In this document: positions 58,461 to 64,000 of the stretch, piece after piece
Layout: each line of letters begins with the position of its first letter
How positions within the stretch are numbered: position 1 is the stretch's first letter
Source of the DNA: Candidatus Brocadiia bacterium
GTDB taxonomy: Bacteria; Planctomycetota; Brocadiia; CAIUPP01
DNA length: 64,000 nt
Assembly: GCA_050015075.1 (NCBI GenBank)
Contig: JBEKCB010000007.1
Coordinates: 32,001-96,000 of the forward strand
Direction of reading: 5' to 3'
Position numbers and translations under genes: made by a program
The notes under the pieces: model-generated
Told to the model about the DNA's origin: nothing
Seen by the model: the letters and a program-made list of their open reading frames with translations, nothing else
Databases searched by the model: none

Positions 58461-58691
58461 CTACACGGAAGCGATCTGCATCCGGCGGGCCGTTTCAACC
58501 GACGTCAGCACCGCCTTCACACCGAGATAGACGAGGTCAATATCCGCGACCGAAATCACGATCTCCCCGCCGATGACCACTCCTTTGTTCAGGACGCGGT
58601 CGAGGGTCTCGCACAGAGAGATGCTCTCCACATCGCCTTGGGAGACCGCGGAAGAGCGAATTCCTTCAGTTCCGTTACAGAAGTCGTTCAT
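58461..58691 (-). CDS. Gas vesicle protein, GvpA-like (GvpS/GvpM type)
   Basis: LCETLDRVLNKGVVIGGEIVISVADIDLVYLG. Confidence 0.85.
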   Translation of the reverse strand: MNDFCNGTEGIRSSAVSQGDVESISLCETLDRVLNKGVVIGGEIVISVADIDLVYLGVKAVLTSVETARRMQIASV

Positions 58692-58971
58692 AGATGCCTC
58701 GTGCCTGGTGGGGCGCCCCGATATTCTCGTAATGTTCGGCAATCTCAAGAAGCCGCTGGCGGGCGCAGGACGATTCCGGCGCACCGAGGTAGCGATCCAC
58801 CACCTCGAAATACATCTCCGCGGCCTGGTGCAGAAGGTTGTCCGCGAGGTAGCGATCCGCCATTCCCAGAAGAAGGCACTCCAGCGCTTTTAATTCGGCC
58901 TGAACGGTCAGGGAAGGCGCCTCGACAACGGACGCCGCGCTCACATTGGCGGTATGAATCTCATCGGTCAT
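58675..58971 (-). CDS. Small TPR-like helical hypothetical protein
   Basis: AAGGAG RBS; MADRY..QAAEMY and IAEHY..QARGIY helical pairs; lies within the gvp operon. Confidence 0.65.
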   Translation of the reverse strand: MTDEIHTANVSAASVVEAPSLTVQAELKALECLLLGMADRYLADNLLHQAAEMYFEVVDRYLGAPESSCARQRLLEIAEHYENIGAPHQARGIYERLL

Positions 58972-58990
58972 GAGTCTCTCCTTTACTAAG

Positions 58991-60925
58991 TTAGTTGGCA
59001 TAAAGAACGCGGCCCAGTTCAGTCAGCCGCTCAGCCCCGCGCGGAATTCCGCAACGATAAACCAGGGACTGAGGGATACGCCGGAATTCGTCACGGAACC
59101 GCGTCCGGACTTTGGATTCGACCGCGGACAATGTGCGGCACCATGGGCATTCACTCTCCGGAATCGCCATGTTCAGGAAGAGAATCGGCACGTTGACGCC
59201 CGCATGGGAGCACGCCAGGAGCAGGTCCCGCGTCTCCTCGAGGGCCATTTCGGTCAGAATGGCCACAGCGTAAACGTGGCTCTTGCGAGAGTCCTTCAGG
59301 AGGGACTGCAAGGACTCCAGGTTTCGCGAAAGGGTGGTCAGAAACAGTTGCATCCTGGGCGCCTGAAAGTTCGCCCGGTATTTGACGAAAACTCCGATAA
59401 TGGCACGGAGCCAGCCTAAAATCAGTTCCGGAAGCTCCAGAAGTCGGATCAGGTGCCCGGTCGGGGCGGTATCCACGACAATGAAGTCGTACTCTTGCGA
59501 CTCGATCAGTTCCACGATACGGGTCAACACCATCAGTTCGTCGAGTCCCGGAGGCGACAGATCAATCAGGCGCTCGACGACCTCGCGTTCGAACGGCAGG
59601 TCAACCCTGCCGCCGGTCAGGGAGTGAAAGAACTCCTCCACCTCGTCGGCATACAGGCTCTTCAGTTTCTTGAATTCCACTATGGCGTCAATTTCCATCG
59701 CCGTCAGACCGGGGGCCACGGCGACTCCGTCCGGCCCCACCGGCATCTGCAGGCAATCGGAGAGAGAATGGGCCGGGTCGGTGGAGAAAAGCAGAGTGCG
59801 GCGGTCGGCGTATCCCTGGGAAAGCCGGAAGGCCGTGGCGCAGGCCAGAGTCGTCTTGCCCACGCCTCCCTTGCCGGCGAACAGGCGCAGCACAGTATGC
59901 TTTCCCGGCAGATTATGGGGGGACTCCACATGCGACGGAAATGCCGGGACCGGCAGCGGCTCGCCCGTGTTCCGAACCGGCTGAATGTCGTCCCAGAAAG
60001 CAGACAACTGTCCGGCGCCCCTCACCTCGGCGCGCTGGTATGGGATTTCCCACAGCGGGTTGGAGGAGAACTCGGGGACGATCTGCCGCAATTCCGTCAA
60101 CTGCTGGCCGCGGACGCAACGACAGACGGCACAGCCGTTCGAGGAAGACGAATACAGTTTGTTCACCAGGATGTCCCCCACTGAAATATCCCAGTCGTGC
60201 AGCCTGTCCACGAAGCGCCGGGTCTCACTGGTGCTCAACGGCTCCGCCAACATCACAGGCACAAAGCGACAGCGCTGCGGGTCACGAAGCAGGGCGGCCA
60301 GTCCCTCGATGAGCTGCGACAGTTCTTCCAAAAAGAGATCCGCAGCGGTCTTGGTGTACATCCTGCGGTAAAGCATGGCCATGTAGCGGTGTTTGGCCAG
60401 CATGGCATCCAGGACGGACACCCACTGGGCCAGAACTTCAGGCAGGCCCAGGAACCTCAGCGTGTGGCCCGTGGCGGCGGTGTCAACGATGATGCAGGAA
60501 TAGGTGGCGCTCTCCACGAGACTGGATATTTCCAGGAAGGCCATGATCTCGTCCATGCCGGGCATGGACAGGTCCAGGAGGTGCGAGAGATCTTCGTCAT
60601 CCAGGAAAGTCCCGCTGGACACTATCTGGCGCAGTTGCGCGGCGTGCGCCTCTTTGAATCTTCCGAGACTCTCGTTGGCGTCTATCTCCCGCATCTCAAG
60701 GTTTGCCGGCAAAACGGATCCGCCAAAACTATCGACCAGAGAGTGAGCCGGATCTGTGGAAATAACCAGGTACCGCAGGTCGGGGAACCGGCGTGCCAGG
60801 CGCAGAGCCGCAGCCGCCGCACAAGTCGTCTTCCCCACGCCTCCCTTGCCGCCGAAAAAGAGAAGGCTCAGGCCGTGCCGGCCCAGAAACGACGGAACGC
60901 ATTCAGTTGGGCGGGCATCTGTCAT
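58991..60925 (-). CDS. Tandem ArsA/Get3-family ATPase
   Basis: Two GKGGVGKTT, two STDPAHSL, DTAATGH and DTAPTGH, PGMDE and PGLDE, and a CxxC in each half. Confidence 0.92.
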   Translation of the reverse strand: MTDARPTECVPSFLGRHGLSLLFFGGKGGVGKTTCAAAAALRLARRFPDLRYLVISTDPAHSLVDSFGGSVLPANLEMREIDANESLGRFKEAHAAQLRQIVSSGTFLDDEDLSHLLDLSMPGMDEIMAFLEISSLVESATYSCIIVDTAATGHTLRFLGLPEVLAQWVSVLDAMLAKHRYMAMLYRRMYTKTAADLFLEELSQLIEGLAALLRDPQRCRFVPVMLAEPLSTSETRRFVDRLHDWDISVGDILVNKLYSSSSNGCAVCRCVRGQQLTELRQIVPEFSSNPLWEIPYQRAEVRGAGQLSAFWDDIQPVRNTGEPLPVPAFPSHVESPHNLPGKHTVLRLFAGKGGVGKTTLACATAFRLSQGYADRRTLLFSTDPAHSLSDCLQMPVGPDGVAVAPGLTAMEIDAIVEFKKLKSLYADEVEEFFHSLTGGRVDLPFEREVVERLIDLSPPGLDELMVLTRIVELIESQEYDFIVVDTAPTGHLIRLLELPELILGWLRAIIGVFVKYRANFQAPRMQLFLTTLSRNLESLQSLLKDSRKSHVYAVAILTEMALEETRDLLLACSHAGVNVPILFLNMAIPESECPWCRTLSAVESKVRTRFRDEFRRIPQSLVYRCGIPRGAERLTELGRVLYAN

Positions 60926-61182
60926 GGTTTGTTCACCGGTGTCTCCGACTCCCGTTGAGGCGCTTCAATTGCGTCGAGGCGGTCCAGAAGTCGCGCCTCG
61001 CGCGCATCGAACTCATCCGAAGTAATCCCGCCCGTTTCCAGCATTCGGTACAACTCCGTCAGTTCCGCTCGCAGGCCGTCGGCGCTTTTGGCGGTTGCTT
61101 CCCGGGCGGCGGACTCAATCGTGCGGGCCAGGTGCAGGGTGCCGGTCAGTGGGAGAAGCAGAAGATTGTCTATCAGGAACAT
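60922..61182 (-). CDS. gvpG: Gas vesicle protein GvpG
   Basis: MFLIDNLLLLP..LETGGITSDEFDAREARLLDRL. Confidence 0.88.
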   Translation of the reverse strand: MFLIDNLLLLPLTGTLHLARTIESAAREATAKSADGLRAELTELYRMLETGGITSDEFDAREARLLDRLDAIEAPQRESETPVNKP

Positions 61183-61991
61183 GACGCCCTCGCGTTCCGC
61201 ATTTCAGCCATGCTCAAGTCCAAGTCCACGAAATTGTGAGGCGGGAACGGCCCGCTGATATCGAACGTATAGGTGTCGTCGAACTGGCTGGCCGACTGGA
61301 GAACGGCGTTCTCGAACTCCGCCTGCGCGGTTTTCGCGATGAGGCAGACCAGGTTCATCACCTCGCGTTCCTCCCGCAGCTTGTTCTCCTTGATCTCGGA
61401 GCATCCGTTGCGCAGGGCGCCGATCACGCTCCGCGTGTGATGCGCTTGCTCGCGGGTGAGCATCCGCTCGAACAGCCGGCCGAGGTTGATCTTCTCCTCG
61501 GCGGAAGGCTCGCACCCGGGGCGGAACAACCTGTCCCGGAACTCGCGCAGTTCCCCGCACACATTGATGAAGTGCTCGAAGATGTTGGGGACGTTCCAGG
61601 ACACCTTGAGCCCCATCTCCACCTTTCCCTCCACGCGCTTGAGCTGCTCGAGCAGCATGTCTTTATGGGACTGGAGAATCCGTTGAATGACCTCCTCGTT
61701 CTCCGCGATCGTTCCGAACGCCATCGGCAAGACGGCCCCTTGCCCCATGAGGCGTTTCAGCACGGCATAATGAATCGCCAGATTGCGGCGTTCGGGCCGC
61801 AGCGCGCAGTTGGGAACGTCGCTGACCACCGCGGCCACTCGTGCCTCGGAGACCAGGCGCACGCGGCCCCCGCCGAAGCCGAGGCAATCCTCGCCCCAGG
61901 GGAACCCGCCTCGCTCGCCGGCCGCGCCGTCCTTGTCATCTATGATTGCGTAGATGTATCGTCCGGTGGCATTTGCCTGTTCTACAGTCAT
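61173..61991 (-). CDS. gvpF: Gas vesicle protein GvpF/GvpL family
   Basis: YIYAII, VLPMAFGT, GKVEMGLKV and SGPFPPHNFV motifs. Confidence 0.92.
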   Translation of the reverse strand: MTVEQANATGRYIYAIIDDKDGAAGERGGFPWGEDCLGFGGGRVRLVSEARVAAVVSDVPNCALRPERRNLAIHYAVLKRLMGQGAVLPMAFGTIAENEEVIQRILQSHKDMLLEQLKRVEGKVEMGLKVSWNVPNIFEHFINVCGELREFRDRLFRPGCEPSAEEKINLGRLFERMLTREQAHHTRSVIGALRNGCSEIKENKLREEREVMNLVCLIAKTAQAEFENAVLQSASQFDDTYTFDISGPFPPHNFVDLDLSMAEMRNARASCS

Positions 61992-62016
61992 GTCTCTTTG
62001 CTCCTAAGCAGTTCAG

Positions 62017-62370
62017 CTAGTACCTGAGCCTGAAGACGGGCCTGGGGGACCCCGGCGCGGCGTCCGGTGAACAACGGGAATCTTCGCGAGCTTTGCGCGT
62101 CTTGAGTGCTTTTCGGGGATCCTCGCGGGCCTTGCGCGCCTTGAGTGCTTTCAGGATCAGGGCCTGTTCCGCCTCGATTTCCCGGGAGCGATCGTCAATG
62201 CTCTTGACACGGCTCATCGCGCTCTGCCGTTCCTGCCCCCGGCGGAATTTTTCCAGTTCGAGAGAAGCGATCCGCATGTATCCGGTGTGGGGCTGGATCG
62301 TCTCCTCCGGCGCGCGGGAGTGTGTCCGAATGTCCCGAACACCTCTTGTCCGTCCTGCGGGTCTGGCCAT
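62017..62370 (-). CDS. gvpV: GvpV-like gas vesicle accessory protein
   Basis: Position between gvpN and gvpF; RDIRTHS..LELEKFRRGQER pattern recalled from Serratia-type GvpV (from memory, unverified). Confidence 0.6.
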   Translation of the reverse strand: MARPAGRTRGVRDIRTHSRAPEETIQPHTGYMRIASLELEKFRRGQERQSAMSRVKSIDDRSREIEAEQALILKALKARKAREDPRKALKTRKAREDSRCSPDAAPGSPRPVFRLRY

Positions 62371-62374
62371 GTGT

Positions 62375-63382
62375 TTATCCTTTCTCCCCGGCGGAGCAAT
62401 TCAGACGTTTCTTGTTGGTCCGCGGCGAGCAGATCCTCTCGATAGCATCCTGCACGCCGTTCGACATGAGTGACTCACCCGAACGCGTGACCTTTGCCAG
62501 TTCCAGATTGCTCAAAACGTCGTGGCAGACGGACTTGAACACGGGGTCGTCGTTGCGGGCATGGCCGCCGCGATGAACCAGGACACGAGCGATGGCGATG
62601 CACGACCGGATCGTCGGCCGGTGTTTTTTCTGTCCCAGGGCGCGCAGTTCCCTCGCGGTGTCCACGATATTCTCGGCATCTTCACGAGAGACGCCGGAGT
62701 GAGCGATCGTGATGCAGATTTCCGTCTCCCGATCATGGTGCTCCAGTTCAATCGTGATGAGTCTGTCCATCAAGGCGTCCTGGGTCTTGTGAGTTCCGGC
62801 ATACTCCTCGGGGTTCGAGGTGAAAATGGCGTGAAACTCCGGGTGCACCTCCATGTAGCCTTCACCGGACATCCGCAGGCTCGGAAGGTTCAGAATCCTT
62901 TCCGAGAGGACGCTGAGGAGGGCGTTGTTGGCCTCCGGCCTGGAGCGGTTGAACTCATCGTAGATCAGCGTGCAACCATTCTGGCAGGCCGTGGTGAGAC
63001 GGTTGTCCACCCACAGGGATTTCATTTCCTCCTCCGCTCTGAGGACGGAGTGGATGTAATTGTCCACGGTCCGGGACTTGCGGTAGCCGGAGTTCCTGCC
63101 GATGAGGTCGGAGCTGCCGAACTCGTCGTCCCCATGGATGAGGATGACCGGCCTTCCGAGCCGTGCCGCGATGTGAAAAGCGAGGGTGGTTTTCCCTGTC
63201 CCGGCGGTTCCGGCGAAGTGAACCGGGTATCCCACCTCGAGGTAGGCGAGCGCGCGATCCGTCAGGGACTCAATCGCCGGCGTGATCACGAACTCCTCGC
63301 TGCGCTCGGGCAGTATGCCGTCCTCCATCGGCGACACTCGGACTGTGGCCGATGAGGTGCAGGTTGCTTCTTTATTGAGCAT
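62375..63382 (-). CDS. gvpN: Gas vesicle AAA+ ATPase GvpN
   Basis: PVHFAGTAGTGKTT, VDNYIHSV, WVDNRLT, YDEFNRSRPEANN and TSNPEEYAG motifs. Confidence 0.95.
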   Translation of the reverse strand: MLNKEATCTSSATVRVSPMEDGILPERSEEFVITPAIESLTDRALAYLEVGYPVHFAGTAGTGKTTLAFHIAARLGRPVILIHGDDEFGSSDLIGRNSGYRKSRTVDNYIHSVLRAEEEMKSLWVDNRLTTACQNGCTLIYDEFNRSRPEANNALLSVLSERILNLPSLRMSGEGYMEVHPEFHAIFTSNPEEYAGTHKTQDALMDRLITIELEHHDRETEICITIAHSGVSREDAENIVDTARELRALGQKKHRPTIRSCIAIARVLVHRGGHARNDDPVFKSVCHDVLSNLELAKVTRSGESLMSNGVQDAIERICSPRTNKKRLNCSAGEKG

Positions 63383-63517
63383 CTCGATCAACTTCCTACC
63401 CACCCTTTCTAGGGGGTTCTTTTTCTCGGCCGGACGACGGATACACTCCCTCAATTCCTCCGGTAAGACGCGCGACCTCATTCCTGATCCGGCTCGCCCG
63501 TACGGAGCGAGGATTCC

Positions 63518-63886
63518 TCACGCCTTGTTCTTGTGCTTCCTGGAATGCTCCACCTTCTTGACGGGAACGCGAACGGACGAGCCATGTCCGCTCCACGCCA
63601 CGCGCGCTCCGGCCAGGTCGGCGGCGAACTCGCGCCTCACTCCCAGCGCCCTCTTCTCCAGGTCTCCCACGGTGTGCTTGAGTTCGGCGAGGAACGCCTG
63701 GCTCTCCGCCTTCATCGTGCGCGCCATGTGCTCTCGACCGTTACGGAAGTCCGTCTGCATCCGCTGAACGCCATCGCGCAGATCCGATACCTTGCTCGTG
63801 AGTTCCCGCATGAACGTGGTGCGCGCCTCGCGGAGCGTCCCGATCTCGCGGGCCAGGCTTGCCATTTCCCGTGTCATCTGATCCAT
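63518..63886 (-). CDS. gvpC: GvpC-like helical protein
   Basis: AAGGAG RBS; amphipathic helical repeats (RTTFMREL, SQAFLAEL, RREFAADL); position upstream of gvpN. Confidence 0.55.
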   Translation of the reverse strand: MDQMTREMASLAREIGTLREARTTFMRELTSKVSDLRDGVQRMQTDFRNGREHMARTMKAESQAFLAELKHTVGDLEKRALGVRREFAADLAGARVAWSGHGSSVRVPVKKVEHSRKHKNKA

Positions 63887-64000
63887 TTTCAACTCCTTTG
63901 TTTGCTGGAATCCTCAAGTGACCTTCTTTCTCGTTGTCCGCCGAACCGCTGGAGGCCGCATCACCAGAGTACCGGGAGGGGACTTAGGCGTTCCCCTCCC

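Noticed and set aside
58991-60925. Arsenic resistance arsA
   Set aside because: No ars operon genes in the window; the gene is coupled to gvpG and has Get3-type CxxC motifs.

Overview
High-GC bacterial window. Gene style suggests a PVC-like or deltaproteobacterial anaerobe, which is inference only. It has four blocks. (1) 1-12 kb: secreted and glycan-related genes, including two paralogous secreted proteins flanking an ECF sigma/anti-sigma operon, a YXWGXW protein, a transglutaminase-like lipoprotein, a heparinase II/III-alginate-lyase-like protein and a VOC protein. (2) 12-34.7 kb, minus strand: an ABC-transporter (Wzm/Wzt) surface-glycan cluster with GT2/GT4 enzymes, methyltransferases, two B12-radical SAM enzymes, a TPP E1 alpha/beta pair, an epimerase, a DegT aminotransferase and HddA/HddC-like genes. 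(3) 35-57.7 kb, minus strand: a c-di-GMP and two-component island with three HD-GYP proteins, a GGDEF cyclase, a PP2C phosphatase, PilZ-PilT, MshEN-PilB, sigma-28 and PAS kinases, showing several duplication scars. (4) 57.7-64 kb, minus strand: a gas vesicle cluster containing a tandem Get3/ArsA-family ATPase. The most striking signal is an unannotated ~55-aa module present seven times across four otherwise unrelated, consecutive proteins of the glycan operon (Wzt, a coiled-coil methyltransferase, a multidomain GT2 and a radical SAM enzyme), which may be a docking or assembly domain. No rRNA, tRNA, CRISPR array or transposase was recognised. All calls come from motif reading by eye, and no searches were run.
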